From a virus (Duplodnaviria; Heunggongvirae; Uroviricota; Caudoviricetes): a DNA stretch of 64,000 nucleotides. Shown piece after piece: positions 1-8,862 of the stretch; the first letter of the stretch is position 1; each line of letters begins with the position of its first letter. A program made the position numbers and the translations under genes. Where the stretch lies: IMG/VR virus record IMGVR_UViG_3300028833_000055, positions 238,446-302,445 of that record; one strand, written 5' to 3'. The notes below the pieces were generated by a model that was not told the origin of the DNA, searched no databases, and saw nothing but the letters and a program-made list of their open reading frames with translations.

Positions 1-201
1 TTTGTCGCCTTTATCCTTTCATCATCAACAGGTTTCATAAAATAACTTCTTTCTCTTTCAGTTTTTCGAGTTCGTCTTCAATTCTTTCGTCACTTTCGAA
101 TTTCACCCTTATTTTGAGGTTTTTCTCCCTTTCTTTCAGATTCCTCTGAAACTCTTCAAATTCCTTATTTATTTGCTCTCCCATATTATAAAGATAACAA
201 A

Positions 202-537
202 TTATTTGTCCATCTTTATGATGATGTTCTGTTTCTTGTTGTTTATTGCATCACTCGTCTGCTTGTTGGAGTTTATCACCGCCGAATTGGAAATCAAGGT
301 CGAGTCGAGCTTGTGTTCGAGGTTCTGTTCAAGACGGTCGAACTTCATTCCGAGTTCGTTCACTCTGATGTCCATAACGGAGTCCTGTGCCCTGTTGTTG
401 TCCACAATCTCCTTCATACTCTTCACAATCCTTTTCTCCGAATTTTTAATTGAACACTGGTTCATAAAATTCAAAAGCAGAAGTACGATTATTATGATGA
501 TGCCGTACTTACTTAAAAAATCAACTATTTTCTTCAT
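202..537 (-). CDS. Membrane-anchored coiled-coil protein (possible lysis accessory)
   Basis: 111 aa; N-terminal hydrophobic helix GIIIIIVLLLLNF followed by heptad-like region; last complete gene of the late operon. Confidence 0.55.
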   Translation of the reverse strand: MKKIVDFLSKYGIIIIIVLLLLNFMNQCSIKNSEKRIVKSMKEIVDNNRAQDSVMDIRVNELGMKFDRLEQNLEHKLDSTLISNSAVINSNKQTSDAINNKKQNIIIKMDK

Positions 538-552
538 ATTCTTTAATTTATT

Positions 553-759
553 TTACCATTTCTTTTCCGGACAACTTTCGGTGTCCATTTTCGCCTTCTT
601 GGTCAGATAGCACCCGCAAATACCGCAGGTCCAGTTCTCTTCGTTCAGTTTCGTACAGTTCGAGCAGCTGAAAATCCTGTTGGTATAAATCTGGAACGAA
701 ACCCTGTGTCCGTGCAGGATGTATCTCCAAAGCGCCTTTAAAAATCTGAAAATTCTCAT
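553..759 (-). CDS. Small Cys-rich Zn-binding protein (DUF6171-like)
   Basis: CSNC...CGICGCYL..K.....CPEKKW pattern; 4-nt overlap with upstream gene. Confidence 0.55.
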   Translation of the reverse strand: MRIFRFLKALWRYILHGHRVSFQIYTNRIFSCSNCTKLNEENWTCGICGCYLTKKAKMDTESCPEKKW

Positions 760-1094
760 AGTATTATGTTTTCATAAAACTCACGTGAAAGGGTGAGTTC
801 GTATCTTCTGTTACCATTTTCATCTTCAAGTATCCAGTAATAATCGAGGAAAGCGTTATTGTCCTCCACACCTATCAACTTGTATTCCTTATAGACCGGT
901 GTTCCGTTCAGTTCATAGAGGACGTTCCTTTTGTCAACCCATTTCTTGCCGATGTATTTTCTAAGGTTTTCAAGGATATGTCCCCAGTTCCCTTCATCGC
1001 TCTTGTGGGCTTCCGCCTCTTCGACCGTATAGAACCTCCATACGTCACCTTCCCTGCCGAATATACCTTTCTGCCTTATGTGTTCCATAATCAA
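756..1094 (-). CDS. Hypothetical phage protein
   Basis: 112 aa ORF tiled with 4-nt overlaps in the operon. Confidence 0.6.
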   Translation of the reverse strand: MIMEHIRQKGIFGREGDVWRFYTVEEAEAHKSDEGNWGHILENLRKYIGKKWVDKRNVLYELNGTPVYKEYKLIGVEDNNAFLDYYWILEDENGNRRYELTLSREFYENIIL

Positions 1095-1912
1095 ACCTTT
1101 TCAACAGTTATGACATTGCCGTCGTTTTTCGTCTGAAAGTTGAGACGCTTGATTTTCTTGATTTCACCGTTATATATTTCAACATCGACACCAAGTCCTT
1201 TCGTAGAGTCTCCCGTTTGTGAGGATATGAAATTGCCTATGGAATAGATTACGGTTTTTCCATTAATTTCATCTTCATCCTCAATGATGTGTGGATGAGA
1301 ACCGATAATCATATCTGCACCATACGATATGATTTTTTTCGCCAGCATTTCCTGCTCTCTCGTATGGACCTTTTCGTACTCTTTGCCCCAGTGCATAATA
1401 AATATAACAATTTTTGCACCGTCTTCACGAACTTTGTCAATGTCTTTTTTCATTGAATTGAAATCGTGTGCGTCATTGTACTTTACACCCTTGTCCTCTA
1501 TGTTCATTTCCGATGTATAATTTATTATGGCGGTTTCCCCGAGTATGACAGGTTCCGGCTTTGAATCGATTGAAACACCGGTATATGCGATTTCATTCGA
1601 TTCAAGGAATGAAATCGTTGACTTTACACCCTTCGCCCCCATATCACATATGTGGTTGTTCGCCAGCATAAAGCAGTTCACACCCGCCTTTATCAGAGAT
1701 GCACAAAATTCCTTCGGTGTCGAAAATTTCGGAAATCCGTTATATGGTCCGTCCGTCAGTACCGTTTCAAGGTTTCCAACCACATAGTCATATTTTGTAA
1801 ACAGTTCCTCCACGTTTGCAAACGACTTGTCAAAATTATAAGTGTCACCATACTTCATTTGGAAAAGCTGCTCGTCGTGACACATAAGGTCTCCTATAAA
1901 TAAAATTTTCAT
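1091..1912 (-). CDS. CapA/PGA_cap-family metallophosphoesterase
   Basis: Motifs FIGDLM, GNLET, LANNHICD, MHWGKEY, IIGSHPH, YSIGNFI. Confidence 0.85.
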   Translation of the reverse strand: MKILFIGDLMCHDEQLFQMKYGDTYNFDKSFANVEELFTKYDYVVGNLETVLTDGPYNGFPKFSTPKEFCASLIKAGVNCFMLANNHICDMGAKGVKSTISFLESNEIAYTGVSIDSKPEPVILGETAIINYTSEMNIEDKGVKYNDAHDFNSMKKDIDKVREDGAKIVIFIMHWGKEYEKVHTREQEMLAKKIISYGADMIIGSHPHIIEDEDEINGKTVIYSIGNFISSQTGDSTKGLGVDVEIYNGEIKKIKRLNFQTKNDGNVITVEKV

Positions 1913-3828
1913 CCCTTATACCATTTTATATTTTTCAAGTCAACCATACAGTTCAGGAAAGCATCGGTTGTGTTTTCAACATTTGGCAGTTTCCATTTCG
2001 AAACATCACCGGCGAATTTTGAATCCTTGAAGCAGTATCTCATATTTTTCACATTACTTACATTCCAGTTCGATATGTCACCGTTAAATACCGATTTTTC
2101 AAACATACTCGAAATGTGTGCCACTTTCAAAACGTTCCAGTTTGATATGTCATTGTTGAACTGACTGCCATAGAACATATGGTTCATAAAAATGCAACTG
2201 TTCGTCTTCCACTGTGAAATGTCACCGTTGAACGATGATTTCATAAACATTCCACTCATATAGACTGCATTTGAGACATTCCATCTTGAAATGTCTCCGT
2301 TGAAAACGGATTCTGCAAACATATAACTCATATCGTTTACTTTTTTAACATTCCATTCCGAAATGTCACCGTTGAATGTCGAATGTCTGAACATCGAATA
2401 CATAGTCTTCACATTCGATGTGTCCCATTGGGAGATGTCTCCGTTAAAGTCCGTGTCATAGAACAAGGCGGACATATCGGTCACACGACTTGTGTCTATA
2501 TGGTTAAGGTCTGCAAATCTTCCTCTCTTCCTTATTTCGTCATCAACGACCTTCTTTATGTTTTCATCGGTCGCTTTTATTCTGCCGCCATACGCTTCAT
2601 CCACGTTAACTTTTTTTTTATCGGGAATAGGTATGGGTTCAAACTTATTTACTTCCAAGAACTTCTTGATTTTGTCGAGTTCCATCATCTGGTCGGGGCC
2701 GATGTTGTATTTCAAGATATCTTCCCTTCCCTTGTCGTCCATCGCCGCAACATAGTTGTAACCGGTGAAATATCCGCTTTCCAACGCACCTCCGTACAAC
2801 TTGCAGTCCCTTACACCCCTCTTCATCCTCACTATCGACTTGAAGACGGTTTTATCTCCAAGGTCAGGACAGAGTTCCTTTATGTAATCATACAGTTCAC
2901 AGAAATCCATTTCATACAGATGGTATGTGATTATGGCCTTTATTGCAATGTTGAACAGAATGTTCGGTTTCGGATTCCTCACCTTGTTGAGCGAATTCCA
3001 CACGGCGAGACCCTCGTCATATGTATTCGCTTCGGGAAGACCGGAAACAAACAACCAGAGACCCGTCTGATATCCGTAGTATCTTCTTCCCACGTGTCCT
3101 TCTATTTCGTGCTGACAAAGACCTTCTATGTCTTCATTGGAGAAATGTGCCTCTGAACTCACCCTGACAATTCCTTCCGGTGTGACATTTACTCTCGGAA
3201 GCATTCCATCGACTATATCGACCTTGTATCCGTATCCGAGTTTGTCTATATATGCCTGGAATTTCTTGGCCGCCTGCTCGGGACCGATGTTTCTTACACC
3301 CGCCTTTACGACTTCATATGGGTGTTCCCTTATGATTTTGAGGGCGTATTCGTATTCATCCCTTGTCGGGAAAGAGCCTCCTCTATCGTGTGGGTTATCC
3401 GGTTTCTCGGGTTTTTCATCGTCCTCCGACATTTCATCGTGTTCCTCCTTCAACTCGATTGACGACAGAAAACCTTTTATTTTTTCTATGTAGAATTTCG
3501 ATATGTAGCTTGAAAAATTCTCAAACTTTGCAAGGAGTTCTTCAAGTTCAGACTTTATGTCAACATCGGTGTCAATCTTTTCCAGTTCAAGTTTTGGAAA
3601 ATATTTCTTTCCCACCCTTCTCGCCTTTATGAATTTCTTGAACTCCTCATCCGTGTTCATAACGTTTTTTGCACGGTATGTTGCACGGAAAAGGAGGGCG
3701 AGTTTTCCATATTTCTTGTCGAGTTCAAGCAGATATTCCTTGTCCTTCTTGTTCAGTTTGAAATACTTGTCTTCTTCTGTCTCCTTGTTCTCCCTTATAT
3801 ACTCATTGAATGAAGGTATTAGTCTCAT
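1909..3828 (-). CDS. DUF1704/MATCAP-like (QEGLA-motif) metallopeptidase fused to BspA/DUF285 repeats; N-terminal T4-like capsid-targeting-type leader
   Basis: HEIEGH (HExxxH) plus DEGLA; about six W(D/N)(T/V)SNVxxMxxMF repeats at C-terminus; N-terminus MRLIPSFNEYIRE. Confidence 0.75.
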   Translation of the reverse strand: MRLIPSFNEYIRENKETEEDKYFKLNKKDKEYLLELDKKYGKLALLFRATYRAKNVMNTDEEFKKFIKARRVGKKYFPKLELEKIDTDVDIKSELEELLAKFENFSSYISKFYIEKIKGFLSSIELKEEHDEMSEDDEKPEKPDNPHDRGGSFPTRDEYEYALKIIREHPYEVVKAGVRNIGPEQAAKKFQAYIDKLGYGYKVDIVDGMLPRVNVTPEGIVRVSSEAHFSNEDIEGLCQHEIEGHVGRRYYGYQTGLWLFVSGLPEANTYDEGLAVWNSLNKVRNPKPNILFNIAIKAIITYHLYEMDFCELYDYIKELCPDLGDKTVFKSIVRMKRGVRDCKLYGGALESGYFTGYNYVAAMDDKGREDILKYNIGPDQMMELDKIKKFLEVNKFEPIPIPDKKKVNVDEAYGGRIKATDENIKKVVDDEIRKRGRFADLNHIDTSRVTDMSALFYDTDFNGDISQWDTSNVKTMYSMFRHSTFNGDISEWNVKKVNDMSYMFAESVFNGDISRWNVSNAVYMSGMFMKSSFNGDISQWKTNSCIFMNHMFYGSQFNNDISNWNVLKVAHISSMFEKSVFNGDISNWNVSNVKNMRYCFKDSKFAGDVSKWKLPNVENTTDAFLNCMVDLKNIKWYKG

Positions 3829-3847
3829 CTAAAAATGTTGTTTGATA

Positions 3848-3855
3848 TATTTATG
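3848..3855 (-). promoter_or_regulatory. T4-like late promoter box CATAAATA
   Basis: Exact CATAAATA about 20 nt upstream of the 3828 start; the same box recurs before other late clusters. Confidence 0.65.
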
Positions 3856-3871
3856 TCCGAAACAATCATTT

Positions 3872-4402
3872 TTATATCACAAGGGGACAGTATTTTGAAA
3901 TAACTATGTAGTCGAATGAGTCGTAGCACACCCTTCCGTCGAGTGTCCATACCTTTCCGTTGGAGATTTGGTGTGCGGTGAGGACAGACAGTTTCTCCTT
4001 ATGGAGTTCATCGTCTTCGTCATACCACATAACAAGGACATTATCGGAAACACTTGTCATCTCCTTCAATGTATCGGCATTGAACAACTTATTGAAGTCC
4101 ACCCATTCGATATTCACGAGATTGTCCATTTCCGGTTTAAATCTCACCACTACTCCCGGATGTTCTACGGGGTCGTCCGAATTTTTGAATATGACTTTAT
4201 TCGGATTCTCCACGACAAAACTTCTAACCTTATCATCGTCACATTCAAGTGATATGAAAAGTTCACGGTCAAAGTAGAGGTCACCACCTTTTTGAAAGAC
4301 TTCCTTATGCATTATCTCGTTGAGTTCGTCCACGAGATTCTCCTTGCCTTCGGATAGAAGTCTGTTTATCTTGTCACAAGTTCTGTTATAGTTCCTTTTC
4401 AT
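3872..4402 (-). CDS. Hypothetical phage protein
   Basis: 176 aa ORF, acidic, directly downstream of the candidate ncRNA. Confidence 0.6.
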   Translation of the reverse strand: MKRNYNRTCDKINRLLSEGKENLVDELNEIMHKEVFQKGGDLYFDRELFISLECDDDKVRSFVVENPNKVIFKNSDDPVEHPGVVVRFKPEMDNLVNIEWVDFNKLFNADTLKEMTSVSDNVLVMWYDEDDELHKEKLSVLTAHQISNGKVWTLDGRVCYDSFDYIVISKYCPLVI

Positions 4403-4419
4403 ATTGTGTCGTTTTAAAA

Positions 4420-4600
4420 AGTCGGTCTAAACGGGAGGTTGAGTTCTTGGTTTTTGGTCTTCGAGTTTCGGACATATGGCTTACCTCAACATACTATTAT
4501 GGATTACGTGGTCGAGCCACAACTGAATCCCCTGTGATTCCGGCACATATTTTTTCATTGGGGGATACTTGGTCTTACAAGTTTACCGTTTCAACCGACT
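4420..4600 (-). ncRNA. Candidate structured ncRNA (about 181 nt, 5'/3' closing stem; possibly 6S-like)
   Basis: 5' AGUCGGUUGAAACGG pairs with 3' CCGUUUAGACCGACU; inner stems AUAUG/CAUAU, GGAUU/AAUCC, GUGG/CCAC; begins about 4 nt after a TATCTTTG box and is followed by a U run; no credible ORF on that strand. Confidence 0.55.
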
Positions 4601-4602
4601 AT

Positions 4603-4616
4603 TACAAAGATACTAT
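4603..4616 (-). promoter_or_regulatory. Bacteroidota-type -7 promoter box (TAGTATCTTTGTA)
   Basis: TAnnTTTG consensus. Identical CAAAGATACTA (+ strand) at about 4605, 9855, 10687, 36171, 37274, 38298, 43073, 45684, 51655, 52045, 56074 and 60468, always intergenic and upstream of minus-strand genes. Confidence 0.8.
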
Positions 4617-4626
4617 TTTTTTTAAT

Positions 4627-4652
4627 AAAAAAGGGGTTTCTCACCCCTTTTT
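4627..4652 (-). terminator. Rho-independent terminator ending the NAD operon
   Basis: AAAAAAGGGG-tttctca-CCCCTTTT hairpin with flanking A/T tracts. Confidence 0.7.
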
Positions 4653-5778
4653 ATTTTTTTATCCAGTCATCACTTATATACGGACTCTCTTTGAATACGG
4701 CATCCACCGTCATTCCAGTTATCCACTTGATTACTCTTACATCACTGGTAGTCAGTTCCGTATCAGTCTGTAACATAATTCCGTTTATGTCAAGACAGTC
4801 CGGTGAAGGAAATTTACAAAGTCCTTTTTTGTGGAGTTTGCAACTGTGGTGTTCCTTATGGACGACCTTCAAGTCAAACGGAAGTTTCGAAATCAATTCG
4901 TAGTCTATATTTCCATTGTCGATTTCATTCTTGAAACTATGGCATACATCCTTGTTCGGACAACTTGCACAATCCATTTCGTTTGGTCTGTAATAGTGTG
5001 CGTTGTAATCCCTTCCGGTTTTCTGTGAATACGATATGGCACAGGATGTCTTCTTGAAAATAGGAACATTGTACTGCATCGAATGACACTTCAAGTTCCA
5101 TAGAATATCATTGCCGATATTCTTCTTCATACCGAAGTCGTAACCGTCATATGGTCTGAACGGAAGATTGTTCTCCCTTATGTATTCGGAGAGTGTGGCA
5201 TCCACTTGTAAACCCGAATATGCCACCGTTGTAGAGTATTTCTTGGCCAGAGTGAACAATCTGTCCATTGTCTCCGGAGAATCGTTTATATCCCTTATTA
5301 TCGGTCTGTATTCTATTCCATATGTGTATCCGTTCATTTCGGAAATGGATTTGCATACGGAAAGGTTCTCTTCAAGTCTCTCGAATGTCGCCGCTTCGTC
5401 ATACTTCCGGTTTCCGAAGAACGATAGGCCGAAATGTATGTTGAGTTTCCATTTTTTAGTAAAAATCTTTGAGAACATATCGTCCGACATAGGTCCTTTC
5501 GTTATAATGACCACCGGACCCCTGTGGTTTGACGACTCAAGTCTTTTGAGACATTCCAGAGTGTCTTCCATATACAGGAAAGGGTCCCCGTAGAATATGT
5601 TTATCACCACTGGGATTGTATTGAAGAGAGGGTTTATTTCAGAAGAAGGAGTAAGATATTCCTTTTCCTCATATTTCCCTCTCGCTCTGCAATAGGAACA
5701 CCCGAAACATTCCTTGTGCGGCCTACCCATACAGTAGAACGATTTCAGGAAATAATATTTTTCAAGTAAGTTTCCCAT
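4651..5778 (-). CDS. Radical-SAM-like Fe-S protein with atypical Cys spacing
   Basis: N-terminal C-x7-CxxCxYC; INIFYGDPF, VIITKG, YRPII core; extra C-terminal Cys clusters (CASC..KDVC, C..H..GLC....PDC). Confidence 0.55.
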   Translation of the reverse strand: MGNLLEKYYFLKSFYCMGRPHKECFGCSYCRARGKYEEKEYLTPSSEINPLFNTIPVVINIFYGDPFLYMEDTLECLKRLESSNHRGPVVIITKGPMSDDMFSKIFTKKWKLNIHFGLSFFGNRKYDEAATFERLEENLSVCKSISEMNGYTYGIEYRPIIRDINDSPETMDRLFTLAKKYSTTVAYSGLQVDATLSEYIRENNLPFRPYDGYDFGMKKNIGNDILWNLKCHSMQYNVPIFKKTSCAISYSQKTGRDYNAHYYRPNEMDCASCPNKDVCHSFKNEIDNGNIDYELISKLPFDLKVVHKEHHSCKLHKKGLCKFPSPDCLDINGIMLQTDTELTTSDVRVIKWITGMTVDAVFKESPYISDDWIKK

Positions 5779-5782
5779 CCGT

Positions 5783-6625
5783 CTAATGTACTACTATGAA
5801 GTTGTCGTATCCCTTTTCAGCGGCGACCTTGCTCCAATCACGATATGATTCAGTTGCATAAACCTTGTCGAAGTTCTTGCAAAGGTTGTCGAAACCGACT
5901 TCGTTGACGATGTGTGTGACTTTGATGTCGAACTGTGCTTCCGGATAGAGTTCCTTCATCACACTCAACTCACCGAGGAAAGTACCGCCGGCGTCACAAA
6001 GGTCATCATAGAAGAGGAAATGTTTACCGATTTTAATCTTGTCCTGATTTTTTAGGATGAAAGATTTGATTTTACCGGTCTCCAAATCACGTTCCTTTTC
6101 GAAGTAGATTTCCTCCGACTCCTTTCCGTCATATCTTGTCATTGCACCGTGGTCGGGAAAAACGACCTCGATTTTACTGTCAAAGTTGTCAAGAAGGAAA
6201 TGATAGGGGTTCATATCCAGTGAAACACATTCACGCATTTCGAGCATAGTCCTCACACTGTGGGCGGTATAGACATAACATTTCTCGTAACCCATCTGTG
6301 AAATCATCTTGGCGACGATACGGAGGGTGAACGGTCTTTCAAAAGACATCACACGGTCCATTCTCATACCCATCAGGTAATGGATGAAGAGAACCCAGTT
6401 GACACCCTGTCTGTCGAGAATGTCACCGATTTGCAAAAGGATAAACAATTCCTCTGCGTTCGTGATACGACAGTCAACGGTATAGTCCTCTTTACGGTCA
6501 AGCTCCTCCGTGAACACAAATTGTACTTCACCGTCGGGAAAACGGTCGATACGGTATTTCACTTCACTTTTTTCCAAAGAAATTAAATCAATTCTTTTCA
6601 TACTATTCCTGTTTTTCAAATACAA
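5783..6625 (-). CDS. prs: Ribose-phosphate pyrophosphokinase-like protein (Prs; candidate ADPR-PP synthetase)
   Basis: RFPDGE, YLMGMRMDR, VVFPDHGA, FEKER, DDLCDAGGTF PRPP-binding loop; 280 aa. Confidence 0.85.
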   Translation of the reverse strand: MYLKNRNSMKRIDLISLEKSEVKYRIDRFPDGEVQFVFTEELDRKEDYTVDCRITNAEELFILLQIGDILDRQGVNWVLFIHYLMGMRMDRVMSFERPFTLRIVAKMISQMGYEKCYVYTAHSVRTMLEMRECVSLDMNPYHFLLDNFDSKIEVVFPDHGAMTRYDGKESEEIYFEKERDLETGKIKSFILKNQDKIKIGKHFLFYDDLCDAGGTFLGELSVMKELYPEAQFDIKVTHIVNEVGFDNLCKNFDKVYATESYRDWSKVAAEKGYDNFIVVH

Positions 6626-7346
6626 GCATTTTGTTTTTAGCCACAGCCCTTCTGTGCATCCTTTCTATCTTACCGAGTTTTTCGTCGGTAGGAAGTTTTC
6701 CGTCAAGGAGATAGGAATCTATTTCGGCATATGAAACTCCGAGACTCTGTTCATCTGTCACATAACTTCCGTCTTCGTTTGTGTTCAGTCCGTCAATCGG
6801 GGTCTTGTGTACAAGATGATGGGGAAGTCCGAGAAAATCACCGATTTTAAGGATTTCTCTTACGGTCAGGTTTCCAAGAGGGGAAAAATCACCTGCGGCA
6901 TCTCCATGTTTTGTGCTGTACCCGACATAATCCTCACTTCTGTTGCAAGTGTTGGCTACACGTCCGTTGTTTGACTGGCTGATGGCGTAGAGTGTTGACA
7001 TACGGATTCTCGCCGGGAGATTTGTCAAGGACTGTTCGGACAAGTCGAAACCGATTGCATTCTTGACCGCTTCGACGGTCGGACCTATATTCACCGTATA
7101 GTTCTTGATACCGAGTAAGTTGCAGACTTCGATTGAGTCAGCAATGTCCTTCTGTTCCCCGTTTGGCATCATAACTCCGATTACACGGTCTTTGCCGAGA
7201 GCCGCCACACAAAGTGCTGCTACAACGGTGGAATCCTTTCCACCGCTTATTGCAACACAACAATTACAATCTGGTCCATTTTTTTCAAACCAATTACGAA
7301 TCCATTCGATGATGTCTGTTGTAAGTTTTATTGTATCCATAAACAT
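6603..7346 (-). CDS. nadE: NH3-dependent NAD+ synthetase
   Basis: AISGGKDS PP-loop, NLPARIRMSTLY, NTCNRSEDYVGYSTKHGD, DFSPLGNL; no glutaminase domain. Confidence 0.93.
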   Translation of the reverse strand: MFMDTIKLTTDIIEWIRNWFEKNGPDCNCCVAISGGKDSTVVAALCVAALGKDRVIGVMMPNGEQKDIADSIEVCNLLGIKNYTVNIGPTVEAVKNAIGFDLSEQSLTNLPARIRMSTLYAISQSNNGRVANTCNRSEDYVGYSTKHGDAAGDFSPLGNLTVREILKIGDFLGLPHHLVHKTPIDGLNTNEDGSYVTDEQSLGVSYAEIDSYLLDGKLPTDEKLGKIERMHRRAVAKNKMLVFEKQE

Positions 7347-7354
7347 TCCTCTTT

Positions 7355-8842
7355 TTAATTTTCCGATGCAAGTCTTTTACGAATTTCAGTGAACCTTTCG
7401 TAGTTGTACATTTTACCGTCTAGAAACACGAGTCTCATAGCGTTTTCGTGCTTTTTACCGTATTCACAGTATTCATCTTCATTAAATCCGTCGGTCGCCT
7501 TGAAACCGTCTTCGGTCTTCTCGACAAACACAAGACCTCTGTGAGATTTCTTCAGATGGTTGGTGTCGGTCTTCGGGTCCTTGTAAATCCGAACCTCCTT
7601 ACCATTAACAATGGCATAAGTTGCTTTGCAAGCACATCCGTACATGTCACGAGTGTTGACAATCAGTCTGTCGCCCTCGAATACGACCTTGAAGCAGAAT
7701 GCTCCGATACCGAACACCACATTGCTGGCGGCGAAACCCATTTCATCGAGTTTCTTCCAAATCTTACGGAGCTGCAACAATGTACATCCGTCCCCCCATA
7801 TAAGTCCGATGTGCGGGTCGAGAACCTTGTATCCTTTCGAATTTACGGTTCCGCCGAATACATCCCAGAACTTCTGTATCGTACCGACTGCGATTTCAAC
7901 CATATCTCCGCTGTCGGGTCTGATGAGGAGTTTTCCGTTGTGTTCAAGGATTTCCTTCTTGCAAGCGGGAACTATATTGTTGACAACATTCCAGTAGTCG
8001 TATGTGTCACCGAGAAAACTGAACGACTTGTCCTTGAAAGTGTCGGTGAGGAACTTTTTCAGAAGCGTCTCCTCGTCCACACCTATTCCGGCGTTGCAGG
8101 AAATAACCGAGTGTTCTGTGGAAATAGCACCGATACCGATGTGGTTGTATTCGGTGTGGGCGCTGTAATACTTGTCAATGTATGGAAGCGCCGGTATGGT
8201 AGATGTCTTGTTTGAAGAAAGCAGCCAAGCGGCGGCGGTCCTTGCAGAAACCTCAAGGCAGTCGTCACCTCTCATATCGAAGTTGGAGAAGGCGTTACGT
8301 GGGTCGAGGTTGTCGTCCGAGTTCTTGTCATACCAGTACTTTGCAAGACGGTAGTACATATTTCCTATTGTTGCGTCATTGCAGATTTTCCACAATTCCA
8401 CCTGAAGGAGACATTCAACCCACTGTACCAGCCAGGCGAAGTCCTTATGTGTGTTGATGAGTTCTATGCAGGGAATACCCATATTTACCTTGCTTCCTTC
8501 GGGAAGAGCCCTGATTTGAAGAGGGAGGTATCCGAGTTTGTGAAGTTTCACGATAGGTTCGATTTTGTAGAACCCGTCAAGCTGAACATCCATCGCACGC
8601 TCATAGGTCTCGATTATTTCCTTTTCGCTCTTCTCGAAGAAGTTTTTGTTGAAATAGTCGATGAGGTATTCCTGAATGAAGGCCTGAAGTCCGAACCACA
8701 CCATCTTCTGGTTCTCTTCCTTCTCAAAATAGCTTTTCCTTGGTACCCAGTATGAAACAAGGTGAGAGAGACCTTCGGGGTACATCATATTGTGGACAGT
8801 CTTGTATGTGTCACACAACAACATTGGATTCATATCCATCAT
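7355..8842 (-). CDS. NAMPT/NadV-fold phosphoribosyltransferase (probably nicotinate-specific; Namat-like)
   Basis: CDTYK..H, STEHSV, DTYD, LLIRPDSGD, GLIWGDG, TRD...KAT, KKSHRG; Ser at the position equivalent to NAMPT Asp219. Confidence 0.9.
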   Translation of the reverse strand: MMDMNPMLLCDTYKTVHNMMYPEGLSHLVSYWVPRKSYFEKEENQKMVWFGLQAFIQEYLIDYFNKNFFEKSEKEIIETYERAMDVQLDGFYKIEPIVKLHKLGYLPLQIRALPEGSKVNMGIPCIELINTHKDFAWLVQWVECLLQVELWKICNDATIGNMYYRLAKYWYDKNSDDNLDPRNAFSNFDMRGDDCLEVSARTAAAWLLSSNKTSTIPALPYIDKYYSAHTEYNHIGIGAISTEHSVISCNAGIGVDEETLLKKFLTDTFKDKSFSFLGDTYDYWNVVNNIVPACKKEILEHNGKLLIRPDSGDMVEIAVGTIQKFWDVFGGTVNSKGYKVLDPHIGLIWGDGCTLLQLRKIWKKLDEMGFAASNVVFGIGAFCFKVVFEGDRLIVNTRDMYGCACKATYAIVNGKEVRIYKDPKTDTNHLKKSHRGLVFVEKTEDGFKATDGFNEDEYCEYGKKHENAMRLVFLDGKMYNYERFTEIRKRLASEN

Positions 8843-8862
8843 AATTCTGAAAATTTAATTGG

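Noticed and set aside
4447-4773. 108-aa plus-strand ORF across the candidate ncRNA
   Set aside because: It has a TTG start, runs antisense through a promoter and a terminator, and shows no protein features.
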